This document shows, piece by piece, positions 38,853-48,084 of a stretch of DNA of 64,000 nt; position 1 is the stretch's first letter; every line of letters begins with the position of its first letter. This stretch comes from Escherichia phage 215Ecol030PP. The stretch is taken from sequence record PP328843.1. The stretch is one strand, 5' to 3'. Both the position numbers and the translations under genes were made by a program. Below the pieces are notes generated by a model, which saw only the letters and a list, made by a program, of their open reading frames with translations, did no database searches and had not been told where the DNA came from.

Positions 38853-38879
38853 AAAAAGCCCCAACCTTTCGGTCGGGGC
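38853..38879 (-). terminator. intrinsic terminator (twin copy 2)
   Basis: Minus-strand GCCCCGACC-GAAA-GGUUGGGGC then UUUUU; differs from copy 1 by one loop base. Confidence 0.7.
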
Positions 38880-38886
38880 TAAGCCT

Positions 38887-39196
38887 TGCGGCAACCTTGT
38901 CGGGGTTCCACCTGCTAAGGCAAGTGTTTGTACGAAACGCCGGGATTCGAACCCGGTTATTAAGCAGTTGACGCTACTCAATATTTTTAAAAGGCCATAT
39001 CTCGACCATATCCGAACGTTCCGTCAAAAACGCTACTCGGCTTATGGCAAAGATATTTCCTCGAATCGATAATTCGGTGCGCCGTTTCTGCTGTGATATA
39101 AGGGGGCATTAACAAAACATAAAGATTTATTAATGCCAGTCCTTAAACAGGGAACATCAGTCCGACGACTTGCCGGTAGCGACCCGGCTTCTTGTC
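38887..39196 (-). ncRNA. structured RNA region downstream of tRNA-Arg (positional equivalent of the T4 small stable RNAs)
   Basis: About 310 nt non-coding between tRNA-Arg and the terminator; tRNA-like T-arm CCGGG-TTCGAAT-CCCGG at 38941..38956 but no full cloverleaf. Confidence 0.35.
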
Positions 39197-39272
39197 TGGT
39201 CGAGGCAGTAGGGATCGAACCTACGACCCAGGACTTAGAAGGTCCTTGCTCTTCCTTCTGAGCTATGCCCCG
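39197..39272 (-). tRNA. tRNA-Arg (anticodon UCU)
   Basis: Hand-folded cloverleaf: acceptor CGGGGCA/TGCCTCG, anticodon loop CTTCTAA, T-loop TTCGATC, CCA encoded. Confidence 0.8.
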
Positions 39273-39276
39273 TAAT

Positions 39277-39352
39277 TGGGGTGACCGATGGGAGTCGAAC
39301 CCATGACTACGAGAATCACAATCTCGAGTTCTACCAACTGAACTACGGCCAC
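39277..39352 (-). tRNA. tRNA-His (anticodon GUG), no encoded G-1
   Basis: Acceptor GTGGCCG/CGGTCAC, anticodon loop TTGTGAT, discriminator C73, CCA encoded; base at -1 is U. Confidence 0.75.
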
Positions 39353-39466
39353 ATTAATACCTACTCCAACAATCAAGATGTCTTCACACGAAATTAAGAG
39401 AAGAGTGATCAGTTCAACCCCTATAATCGCGTCAAGTAGATATTAATGTGACAGTTGTCACAAATT

Positions 39467-39541
39467 TGGCGGACGTGATAGGATTCGAACCTATAACCAA
39501 TCGCTTAACAGGCGATCGCTCTGCCATTGAGCTACACATCC
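39467..39541 (-). tRNA. tRNA-Asn (anticodon GUU)
   Basis: Acceptor GGATGTG/CACGTCC, D-arm GCTC..GAGC, anticodon loop CTGTTAA, T-loop TTCGAAT, CCA encoded. Confidence 0.8.
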
Positions 39542-39545
39542 AAAT

Positions 39546-39632
39546 TGGTGGGGAGTGATGGAGTCGAACCACCCGAGTCGCAATGACAATGGATTTACAG
39601 TCCACACCGCTACCTCTACGGGATAACTCCCC
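39546..39632 (-). tRNA. tRNA-Tyr (anticodon GUA), long variable arm
   Basis: Acceptor GGGGAGT/ACTCCCC, anticodon loop CTGTAAA, about 14-nt variable arm, T-loop TTCGACT, CCA encoded. Confidence 0.75.
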
Positions 39633-39645
39633 TTAATTCTTAATT

Positions 39646-39720
39646 TGGTGGCCCTGGGTGGAATTGAACCACCATCTGGCGATTATGAGTCGCTTGCTTG
39701 AACCTTCCAGCTACAGGGCC
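39646..39720 (-). tRNA. tRNA with anticodon CAU (probably Ile, lysidine-type, as in T4; Met by naive reading)
   Basis: Acceptor GGCCCTG/CAGGGCC, anticodon loop CTCATAA, T-loop TTCAATT, CCA encoded. Confidence 0.7.
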
Positions 39721-39728
39721 AAATTTTC

Positions 39729-40214
39729 TTATTTTATGTAATATTTATTTAAAAACTTTCTAGCTTGAGTATGGCTAACATTTATAGCGTTTGCATAATT
39801 TTTAATAAAACCTCGTTCATCCATATTAAAATTTTCTAATATTTTTAATCGTCTAGTTATCTCATCTTGACTTAAGGTACTTGCATTATTTTTAGAAATT
39901 TTTTCTAAGGACTGTGCCGAGTGTTTTCGACCATTAAAATTAAAATTTTTAGATTTTGGAGGAAATCTAGCATTTAATCTCGCATCTTTTGTATTTTGAT
40001 TATTAGTTGCGCAATATATGTTATTTAATGAATATGGTCCTTTATCGCCGAAACGGCACATGCAGTATTCATGACCCTTTCTTCCACGCTTATCATAATT
40101 TCCCGTTGATTTCCACCAATGCAGCCATTCATCAAAAGTTAAATTCCATTCAATGTTTCTACGTATAGCAGAATTCCGCTGAGAAATATATTTTGCATAA
40201 TCTTCTTTCATCAC
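39729..40214 (-). CDS. hypothetical basic protein inside the tRNA cluster (segB position), possible DNA-binding/nuclease-like; family unresolved
   Basis: 161-aa ORF; no GIY-YIG or HNH motif recognised; Cys/His cluster GHEYCMCRFGDKGPYSLNNIYC and C-terminal helix-turn-helix-like tail. Confidence 0.45.
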   Translation of the reverse strand: MMKEDYAKYISQRNSAIRRNIEWNLTFDEWLHWWKSTGNYDKRGRKGHEYCMCRFGDKGPYSLNNIYCATNNQNTKDARLNARFPPKSKNFNFNGRKHSAQSLEKISKNNASTLSQDEITRRLKILENFNMDERGFIKNYANAINVSHTQARKFLNKYYIK

Positions 40215-40258
40215 AAATTTCTCTACTTATTCAATACACTGAGCTAAATCAGCAAAAC

Positions 40259-40348
40259 TGGCGGAGGCGATAGGATTTGAACCTATGAGTCGCCGGAGCG
40301 ACTGCCGGTTTTCAAGACCGGTGCATTAAACCACTCTGCCACGCCTCC
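40259..40348 (-). tRNA. tRNA-Ser (anticodon UGA), long variable arm
   Basis: Acceptor GGAGGCG/CGCCTCC, anticodon loop CTTGAAA, long variable arm, CCA encoded. Confidence 0.8.
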
Positions 40349-40350
40349 AG

Positions 40351-40424
40351 TCTCCGCGGCAGGATTTGAACCTACGACATTCTGCTCCCAAAGCAGACGC
40401 TCTACCAAACTGAGCTACACGGAG
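40351..40424 (-). tRNA. tRNA-Pro (anticodon UGG)
   Basis: Acceptor CTCCGTG/CGCGGAG, D-arm GCTC..GAGC, anticodon loop TTTGGGA, T-loop TTCAAAT. Confidence 0.8.
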
Positions 40425-40434
40425 TAAATTAAAT

Positions 40435-40508
<74 letters not shown>

Positions 40509-40513
40509 AAATT

Positions 40514-40600
40514 TGGTGCGAGAAGTGGGACTCGAACCCACAAGGAAATCATTCCGCAGCATTTTAAGTGCTGTGCCTTTACCAATTTGGCCATTCTCGC
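40514..40600 (-). tRNA. tRNA-Leu (anticodon UAA), long variable arm
   Basis: Acceptor GCGAGAA/TTCTCGC, anticodon loop CTTAAAA, long variable arm, T-loop TTCGAGT, CCA encoded. Confidence 0.8.
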
Positions 40601-40601
40601 G

Positions 40602-40674
40602 CTGGGAATAAAGGACTCGAACCTTTGCATCCTGGAATCAAAATCCAGTGCCTTACCAACTTGGCTAATTCCCA
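40602..40674 (-). tRNA. tRNA-Gln (anticodon UUG)
   Basis: Acceptor TGGGAAT/ATTCCCA, anticodon loop TTTTGAT, T-loop TTCGAGT. Confidence 0.8.
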
Positions 40675-40771
40675 ATTATTAACAAAGGCTCTTAAGCAAG
40701 AACCCTTGATGATAGAGGGTATTAATCAGTGCGATATGAGTTAATAATAACAAATAATTCTTAAAGCATAT

Positions 40772-41059
40772 TTACCATTTATAATAATACATATTTACGA
40801 TGCATTCAAGACCCAAAGGATTCTTGAAAATATCATATTCAAGAGGACCTTTTTCTGTTTCAATAAAGAAATCAAAATTTACTGTATTAAATTTACGTTC
40901 TTCCTTCACTAATTTAACTTGAGAAGATGAACGGTCAATGTAAACCTTTTCAACTTCAAAACATGTTAAAATGCCATAATCATCAATCAAAGCTTTAGCC
41001 GCGTCTTGATCATATTTATATCCATTTTCAACGGACGATACTTTCGCATAAAGAATCAT
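40772..41059 (-). CDS. hypothetical protein (95 aa)
   Basis: ORF upstream of the tRNA cluster. Confidence 0.5.
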   Translation of the reverse strand: MILYAKVSSVENGYKYDQDAAKALIDDYGILTCFEVEKVYIDRSSSQVKLVKEERKFNTVNFDFFIETEKGPLEYDIFKNPLGLECIVNMYYYKW

Positions 41060-41061
41060 TA

Positions 41062-41460
41062 TCAGCCTTCATCAACAATAGTGTGAGTATTAGCATTTAC
41101 GATTTGCCACCAATCAAAGCGATTAGAATCCATCGGTTTGTTTTCATTTTCTTTGATAATGTCACGGAGTTCATCTTCAGAGAATGCTTTAGCAATTAAA
41201 TCGGTATACCCACCACGGGGATAATAATTATCACCTGCAAACAAAAGGAAATTTACCTTCCCGGAAGCAACATATGCTTCCTTAGGATACTTGTTTCCTG
41301 CGTGGTCAACCACTTCAATATAACGGTAAGGAATATCGGTTCTTTCAACCCATTGCCATGCCGCCGCAGGGGAATCGAAAGCATCTACACCTAAACGATT
41401 ATCTTCATCTTTAGACGGATTATTTTCGTAATCCGCATATACATAATATTCAACGTTCAT
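41062..41460 (-). CDS. hypothetical protein (132 aa)
   Basis: ORF. Confidence 0.5.
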   Translation of the reverse strand: MNVEYYVYADYENNPSKDEDNRLGVDAFDSPAAAWQWVERTDIPYRYIEVVDHAGNKYPKEAYVASGKVNFLLFAGDNYYPRGGYTDLIAKAFSEDELRDIIKENENKPMDSNRFDWWQIVNANTHTIVDEG

Positions 41461-41645
41461 TATTCACCTTTAGAAATTTTATCCATAACAATAGCAATTA
41501 AACCAATTAAAAATGCTACTACAAGTGAAAAAACATTTTCTGCCGTAGTCAATAATCCGCATATAAATCCAACAAACATTGAAAAACTGAAAGCGGAAGC
41601 AGAAATTGCAATAGCAACATTTCGAATTAATTCACAACGTTTCAT
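41460..41645 (-). CDS. small membrane protein (about 61 aa)
   Basis: MKRCELIRNVAIAISASAFSFSMFVGFICGLL..., two hydrophobic helices. Confidence 0.45.
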   Translation of the reverse strand: MKRCELIRNVAIAISASAFSFSMFVGFICGLLTTAENVFSLVVAFLIGLIAIVMDKISKGE

Positions 41646-41673
41646 TTTATTCTCCTCAGTAGTAGATAGGGTA

Positions 41674-41703
41674 ATAGTATCACTACCCCATCTAAAAGTA
41701 AAC
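41674..41703 (-). promoter_or_regulatory. T4-type early promoter
   Basis: Minus strand GTTTAC, 18-nt spacer, TGATACTAT. Confidence 0.55.
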
Positions 41704-41937
41704 TTATTTTTTACGAAAAATTGATTTATTTTCTGCTGCCCATTTTTCAATAACTGCAGCAGGACCAGTAACAACAATTTTATCACCGTAATCTTCTGCG
41801 GCGAGTTGACCGAAATTATCTAATGCATCACGAAGAACTCCATGAGGCATTTCACCCATTTTATCTTTCTTGCCAGTGTAAATAAACTCAACTTTTACAT
41901 CAGCAGTTTCAGCAATAAATTCTTGGTAAGTTTTCAT
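41704..41937 (-). CDS. internal protein with canonical capsid-targeting sequence (77 aa precursor)
   Basis: Begins MKTYQEFIAE, the T4 internal-protein leader, followed by a small acidic protein; adjacent to 57B as ipI is in T4. Confidence 0.65.
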   Translation of the reverse strand: MKTYQEFIAETADVKVEFIYTGKKDKMGEMPHGVLRDALDNFGQLAAEDYGDKIVVTGPAAVIEKWAAENKSIFRKK

Positions 41938-41971
41938 TTTGATTTCCATTTGGTTTTGTTTTGATAGGGTA

Positions 41972-42001
41972 ATAGTATCACAACTAAAACCCTATGTAAA
42001 C
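41972..42001 (-). promoter_or_regulatory. T4-type early promoter
   Basis: Minus strand AAAGTTGTTTAC, 18-nt spacer, TGATACTAT. Confidence 0.55.
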
Positions 42002-42013
42002 AACTTTGTGAAA

Positions 42014-42271
42014 TTATTTTAAATCTTCTAATCGTTTCTTCATCTTAGAGCCATTTTTAGCAATTTCTCCTGCATCGGAGCATAATGCTAAAAGTGCTTT
42101 AACTTTAGTTTGGTCTCCTTTAAAAGATGAAGGATCGACCGCAGCAGCAAGTTCTTTAATACGAGAGAAAAGACGCTCAGCTTCAGCTAAAGCCATTCCA
42201 AGCTTTACTTCCATACCGTGGGAAGATTCAGTGATAGTAGTTTTTGTAGCAAACTCTTTGAAAGTTTTCAT
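42014..42271 (-). CDS. second internal-protein-like protein with variant capsid-targeting sequence (85 aa)
   Basis: Begins MKTFKEFATK, a variant of MKTYQEFIAE. Confidence 0.5.
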   Translation of the reverse strand: MKTFKEFATKTTITESSHGMEVKLGMALAEAERLFSRIKELAAAVDPSSFKGDQTKVKALLALCSDAGEIAKNGSKMKKRLEDLK

Positions 42272-42302
42272 TTTTATTTTCCTAATTAATTTTGATGAGG
42301 TA

Positions 42303-42332
42303 ATAGTATCACTACCTCATCAGTATGTAAAC
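42303..42332 (-). promoter_or_regulatory. T4-type early promoter
   Basis: Minus strand AAAGTTGTTTAC, 18-nt spacer, TGATACTAT. Confidence 0.55.
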
Positions 42333-42344
42333 AACTTTGTGAAA

Positions 42345-43029
<685 letters not shown>

Positions 43030-43030
<1 letters not shown>

Positions 43031-43743
43031 TATAGTACCTTTAGTGTATTTTTAATTTTAGAAAAAAGTTCTTCAAGAGAACCATCGTTTGTAATTACTA
43101 AATCGCCATCACGAATTGGCAATCCAGCTTCTGTAATATGAGTATCATTGGATTTTTGACCAGAACGAACTACATGAATTACTGTAGCACCCATCGCCCT
43201 AGCCGCATCCATTTCATGATCTTGACGAGTATCAGGAACGATATAATAATCATAACCTGAGTTAAATTTATCAAGATAATCTAAAGCAAATAATTTTACC
43301 CAATACATGCGGTCGAAGTTATTAACAATCAAATCCGTACCTAGGGCTTGCATCAGACGACGGACTGACCATTGATCTTCAATATTATTTATAACGTCAG
43401 TAATCTTATTAAATGCTACGAAATTAACTGCGTCATCAAAAACAAACACACCCTTAATTGGGCTTTTACCGTTAAGATAGCAAAATGCTTGTTCCATAAT
43501 CGTGATTACTTCTGATTTAGTCAGATTTAAATTAGTCTCACGATCATAGTCAATTCCTTCAAACTCTTTACGAGTTAAGCAAGGATAGTCAGTGTTTGCT
43601 GCAAATACTCCCCATGCATAAGCCAATGCATCCTTAATAGGACCAGCAAGTTGGTATTTAACTGCAGAATAATTGCTCATGATAAAATCAGCAGTAGTAT
43701 CTTTTCCACTACGCTTTACGCCGCTTAAAAAGATTAGTTTCAT
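43030..43743 (-). CDS. 1: deoxynucleoside monophosphate kinase gp1
   Basis: MKLIFLSGVKRSGKDT (P-loop) start; about 237 aa; T4 gp1. Confidence 0.85.
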
Positions 43744-43792
43744 ATGTTTCTCCTCAAATTTAATTAAGATTATAACACACAAAACTGAAGCA

Positions 43793-44323
43793 TTAAACTT
43801 CTGCTATAATTTTACCATCTTTTTCTACTTGAAAATAGGTGTAAGGAATCGTAGCTGTACATACTAAAGCCGGGTCTGAATCTTCTGTGTAGCTAAATTC
43901 TACTTCAGATAGGTCAGAAACCCAAGGCTTATAAAAATTTATTGACATCACGATTTCAGTTTTGCTATTATCTAAGATGTAAAGCGTAATGTACTCAGGA
44001 CCTGTTTTTTGGGCAGTATTTTCACCTGTAAGATAGTTGCTAGTTCCTAGCATCCATTCATACATTCCTATCCATGACTTAAGTTCTTCATCAACTATAA
44101 ATCTCACAATGAGTGGATCATACTCAAATGTAACACCTGGACGTTGTGCTCGGCCCAGTCCAAACGGCCCAGTCACGGTATCAGTAACAGGTATTCTAAT
44201 TCCTGGAATAGGAACTGACTGAGCATTTAAAGTAAAAGCAGATGTAGTATTACTATGTGGTATTGATACTACAAAGTTAGTTGTATTTGCTTGGTTAAAA
44301 ATTTGTTGCAGAGCTTGCGACAT
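43793..44323 (-). CDS. 3: tail sheath stabilizer/terminator gp3
   Basis: 176 aa from MSQALQQIFNQ...; T4 gene order 1-3-2-4. Confidence 0.75.
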   Translation of the reverse strand: MSQALQQIFNQANTTNFVVSIPHSNTTSAFTLNAQSVPIPGIRIPVTDTVTGPFGLGRAQRPGVTFEYDPLIVRFIVDEELKSWIGMYEWMLGTSNYLTGENTAQKTGPEYITLYILDNSKTEIVMSINFYKPWVSDLSEVEFSYTEDSDPALVCTATIPYTYFQVEKDGKIIAEV

Positions 44324-44429
44324 ATATTCCTCATAATGCTTTATAATTGTTGGTGGTATAATGGGTCTAAGTCCCTTCCATTCAATTCCATTTAGAACAA
44401 ACAACAGAAAAGAATGGAAGATAATAGAA

Positions 44430-45254
44430 TTAGATATTTGACCAGACTTTGTTTGCAGAGAAACGTTTTCCTTTGGAGTAGAAGCTTTGGAGTGGCATCA
44501 ACACAACGTTCGCCCAGTCTTTCGGGGCGATTTCAACAAGGCTACCCATAATATTACCAGGTATATATGCCTTAATCATTTGGTCTGCACCCCTAAATCC
44601 TTTCACTTGACTCCAATCAATTTTTAATTTCGTTTTATTAGTAATAGTAGGTGTATTTGCATATTGCTTTAAAAGCTCTTCTAGAAACTGTTGACGAGCT
44701 TTAGGTGGAATATAGTGCAAGTTTAATCCGTACATTAAATTATGCTTACCTAAACCAAGGTAAATTATCAAAGGAAATTTATCCCAGTAAGGAAGAGTTT
44801 CCTTGTGTTTAGCGTCATAAACAAAAGCATATATTCGTCCCGGCTGCGGGCGAACAACTTTATGTCCTTTTACTTGCTTAATAGTTTCAGCAAACCACTT
44901 TCTGGTTTTATTATTAATTGCTGCGCCTTCATTACGAATTTTATCACGCAATGTTTGCCTGAATGAATTTATCATAAGCAGTTGTCTTTCTTGCTTATTG
45001 AGTTTATTCATTGGTTTTGATTCAAGTTTTTGAATCTTTTCAGCTGTTTTAATTCCTGAAGCATATTTTGACATTGCTGAAGTAAACGTAGAGTATTTAA
45101 TTCCTCTTTCTTCAGCAAATTGCTTTCCTGTCATTCCTTTTGCTTTGGCCTTTTTATATTCAAGACCTATCTGAATCCATTTCTTTTCGTTTAATGATTG
45201 CTTAACCTTTGGAACTTGGGGAGTGCTTTCATTAATTATTTGAAAAATAGCCAT
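44430..45254 (-). CDS. 2: DNA end-protector protein gp2
   Basis: 274-aa basic ORF; length equals T4 gp2. Confidence 0.8.
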   Translation of the reverse strand: MAIFQIINESTPQVPKVKQSLNEKKWIQIGLEYKKAKAKGMTGKQFAEERGIKYSTFTSAMSKYASGIKTAEKIQKLESKPMNKLNKQERQLLMINSFRQTLRDKIRNEGAAINNKTRKWFAETIKQVKGHKVVRPQPGRIYAFVYDAKHKETLPYWDKFPLIIYLGLGKHNLMYGLNLHYIPPKARQQFLEELLKQYANTPTITNKTKLKIDWSQVKGFRGADQMIKAYIPGNIMGSLVEIAPKDWANVVLMPLQSFYSKGKRFSANKVWSNI

Positions 45255-45706
45255 TATGCCCCCTTAAAGCCAAGAGCTCGTAATCCATCTTCTGTTAAAA
45301 TTCTAAATTTTATTCCACGCTTTTCAGCTAAAGCTTGCGCTGCTTTCCATTTGTCAGTATTAACGGAATATGTATAAATTTCATTCATAAATCTTTTCTT
45401 CGCTGCGGTTGTTAGATGTGCTGGTTTAACTGGTGGTTGTGTTTCTTTTTTAGGTTTTATTTCAATAAAAAATTCTTGTCCAGAAGAATCTTTCATCCAA
45501 ATATCCATGAAGTATCTACGTTTTTTCCCTTCTGCATTACAAAAATAAGGAATTACTGCTGTTTCACTACCCCATGCAATAATTTCTGGATTTTTATCTA
45601 ACCATTCAAAAAAGAATTTTTCCCAATTTGATCTATACGTAATTTTTTTAGGGTCACCTCTATACTTTGATATATTTTTAGGAACCCATTTTCCAGAATA
45701 TGCCAT
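45254..45706 (-). CDS. 4: head completion protein gp4
   Basis: 150-aa ORF; length equals T4 gp4. Confidence 0.8.
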   Translation of the reverse strand: MAYSGKWVPKNISKYRGDPKKITYRSNWEKFFFEWLDKNPEIIAWGSETAVIPYFCNAEGKKRRYFMDIWMKDSSGQEFFIEIKPKKETQPPVKPAHLTTAAKKRFMNEIYTYSVNTDKWKAAQALAEKRGIKFRILTEDGLRALGFKGA

Positions 45707-45717
45707 TGGATTCTCCT

Positions 45718-45725
45718 TATAAATA
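45718..45725 (+). promoter_or_regulatory. late promoter (TATAAATA) for gene 53
   Basis: TATAAATA 29 nt upstream of the gene 53 ATG. Confidence 0.6.
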
Positions 45726-45732
45726 GATAATA

Positions 45733-45740
45733 TATTTATA
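45733..45740 (-). promoter_or_regulatory. late promoter (TATAAATA) for gene 4, divergent from the gene 53 promoter
   Basis: Plus-strand tatttata; about 27 nt upstream of the gene 4 ATG on the minus strand. Confidence 0.55.
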
Positions 45741-45753
45741 AACAGGAGGGCCC

Positions 45754-46344
45754 ATGCTCTTTACATTTTTTGACCCGATTGAATATGCGGCCAAAACGGT
45801 TAATAAAAACGCGCCGACTATTCCTATGACAGATATTTTTAGAAACTATAAAGACTATTTCAAACGTGCTCTTGCGGGATACCGCTTACGTACTTATTAT
45901 ATTAAAGGTTCACCCCGCCCGGAAGAATTAGCAAATACTATATATGGAAATCCACAGCTGTATTGGGTTTTATTGATGTGTAATGATAATTATGATCCAT
46001 ATTATGGATGGATTACTTCACAAGAAGCTGCTTATCAAGCATCTATACAAAAATACAAAAATGTAGGTGGAGACCAGATAGTATATCATGTGAATGAGAA
46101 CGGTGAAAAATTTTATAATTTAGTATCATACGATGATAATCCATATGTTTGGTATGACAAAGGCGATAAAGCTAGAAAATATCCTCAATATGAAGGAGCA
46201 CTTGCTGCGGTAGATACGTATGAAGATGCTGTTCTTGAAAATGAAAAACTTCGTCAAATAAAAATAATAGCAAAATCAGACATCAATTCATTTATGAACG
46301 ACCTTATACGTATAATGGAGAAATCTTATGGAAATGATAAGTAA
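45754..46344 (+). CDS. 53: baseplate wedge protein gp53
   Basis: 196-aa ORF; length and T4 gene order. Confidence 0.85.
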   Translation: MLFTFFDPIEYAAKTVNKNAPTIPMTDIFRNYKDYFKRALAGYRLRTYYIKGSPRPEELANTIYGNPQLYWVLLMCNDNYDPYYGWITSQEAAYQASIQKYKNVGGDQIVYHVNENGEKFYNLVSYDDNPYVWYDKGDKARKYPQYEGALAAVDTYEDAVLENEKLRQIKIIAKSDINSFMNDLIRIMEKSYGNDK

Positions 46345-48058
46345 TAACCTTAATTGGTTTGTTGGTGTTGTTGAAGATAGAATGGACCCATTAAAATTAG
46401 GTCGTGTTCGTGTTCGTGTGGTTGGTCTGCATCCACCTCAAAGAGCACAAGGCGATGTAATGGGTATTCCAACTGAAAAATTACCATGGATGTCAGTTAT
46501 TCAACCTATAACTTCTGCAGCAATGTCTGGAATTGGAGGTTCTGTTACTGGACCGGTAGAAGGAACTAGAGTTTATGGTCATTTTTTAGACAAATGGAAA
46601 ACTAACGGAATTGTCCTTGGCACGTATGGTGGAATAGTTCGCGAAAAACCGAATAGACTTGAAGGATTTTCTGACCCGACTGGGCAATATCCTAGACGTT
46701 TAGGAAATGATACTAACGTACTAAACCAAGGCGGAGAAGTAGGATATGATTCGTCTTCTAACATTATCCAAGATAGTAACTTAGACACTGCAATAAATCC
46801 CGATGATAGACCACTATCAGAGATTCCAACCGATGATAATCCAAATATGTCAATGGCTGACATGCTTCGCCGTGATGAAGGATTAAGACTAAAAGTTTAT
46901 TGGGATACCGAAGGATATCCGACAATTGGTATTGGTCATCTTATCATGAAGCAGCCAGTTCGTGATATGACCCAAATTAATAAAGTTTTATCAAAACAAG
47001 TTGGTCGTGAAATTACCGGAAATCCAGGTTCTATTACAATGGAAGAAGCGGTAACTTTATTTGAACGCGATTTGGCTGATATGCAACGTGACATTAAATC
47101 ACATTCTAAAGTTGGCCCAGTTTGGAAAGCAGTTAATCGTTCTCGTCAAATGGCGTTAGAAAATATGGCATTTCAGATGGGTGTTGGTGGTGTAGCTAAA
47201 TTTAACACAATGTTAACTGCTATGTTAGCCGGAGATTGGGAAAAAGCATATAAAGCCGGTCGTGATTCATTGTGGTATCAACAAACAAAAGGCCGTGCAT
47301 CCCGTGTTACCATGATTATTCTTACGGGGAATTTGGAATCATATGGTGTTGAAGTGAAAACTCCAGCTAGGTCTTTATCGGCAATGGCTGCTACTGTAGC
47401 GAAGTCTTCTGACCCGGCTGACCCTCCTATTCCAAATGACTCGAGAATTTTATTCAAAGAACCAGTTTCTTCATATAAAGGCGAATATCCTTATGTGCAT
47501 ACAATGGAAACTGAAAGTGGACATATTCAGGAATTTGATGATACCCCTGGGCAAGAACGATACAGATTAGTTCATCCGACTGGAACTTATGAAGAAGTAT
47601 CACCATCAGGAAGAAGAACAAGAAAAACTGTTGATAATTTGTATGATATAACCAACGCTGATGGTAATTTTTTGGTAGCCGGCGATAAAAAGACTAACGT
47701 CGGTGGATCAGAAATTTATTACAACATGGATAATCGTCTTCACCAGATAGATGGAAGTAATACAATATTTGTACGTGGCGATGAAACTAAGACAGTTGAA
47801 GGTAATGGAACTATCTTAGTTAAAGGTAATGTTACTATTGTAGTTGAAGGTAATGCTGACATTACAGTTAAAGGAGATGCTACCACTTTAGTTGAAGGAA
47901 ATCAAACTAACACAGTAAATGGAAATCTTTCTTGGAAAGTTGCTGGGACAGTTGATTGGGACGTTGGTGGTGATTGGACAGAAAAAATGGCATCTATGAG
48001 TTCTATTTCATCTGGTCAATACACAATTGATGGTAGCCGTATAGACGTAGGTTTATAA
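46328..48058 (+). CDS. 5: baseplate hub/tail lysozyme gp5
   Basis: 576-aa ORF MEMISNNLNWFVGVVED...; T4-lysozyme-like middle domain (DMLRRDEGLRLKVYWDTEGYPTIGIGHL) and C-terminal beta-helix repeats (VEGNGT..VKGNVT..VEGNAD..). Confidence 0.95.
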   Translation: MEMISNNLNWFVGVVEDRMDPLKLGRVRVRVVGLHPPQRAQGDVMGIPTEKLPWMSVIQPITSAAMSGIGGSVTGPVEGTRVYGHFLDKWKTNGIVLGTYGGIVREKPNRLEGFSDPTGQYPRRLGNDTNVLNQGGEVGYDSSSNIIQDSNLDTAINPDDRPLSEIPTDDNPNMSMADMLRRDEGLRLKVYWDTEGYPTIGIGHLIMKQPVRDMTQINKVLSKQVGREITGNPGSITMEEAVTLFERDLADMQRDIKSHSKVGPVWKAVNRSRQMALENMAFQMGVGGVAKFNTMLTAMLAGDWEKAYKAGRDSLWYQQTKGRASRVTMIILTGNLESYGVEVKTPARSLSAMAATVAKSSDPADPPIPNDSRILFKEPVSSYKGEYPYVHTMETESGHIQEFDDTPGQERYRLVHPTGTYEEVSPSGRRTRKTVDNLYDITNADGNFLVAGDKKTNVGGSEIYYNMDNRLHQIDGSNTIFVRGDETKTVEGNGTILVKGNVTIVVEGNADITVKGDATTLVEGNQTNTVNGNLSWKVAGTVDWDVGGDWTEKMASMSSISSGQYTIDGSRIDVGL

Positions 48059-48084
48059 ATTTACATCATTAGAGAATTCAACAA

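Noticed and set aside
38941-38956. T-arm-like CCGGG-TTCGAAT-CCCGG as an eleventh tRNA
   Set aside because: No matching acceptor or anticodon stems around it; kept only as part of the structured RNA region.
39353-39466. 114-nt gap between tRNA-Asn and tRNA-His, searched for an additional tRNA (e.g. Thr)
   Set aside because: No acceptor/T-arm pairing could be folded; it contains an inverted repeat TGTGACA-GT-TGTCACA and a TTGACG...TATAGG stretch, so it may be a processing site or promoter, but not a tRNA.
46579-46863. Minus-strand ORFs inside the plus-strand late operon (46579..46863, 48631..48849, 50432..50629, 52701..53090, 53703..53903, 54347..54682, 56767..56988, 57990..58268, 58685..58933, 61875..62111)
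   Set aside because: Fully embedded antisense in gp5, gp5.4, gp6, gp7, gp8, gp10, gp11, gp12 and gp13; no independent signals.
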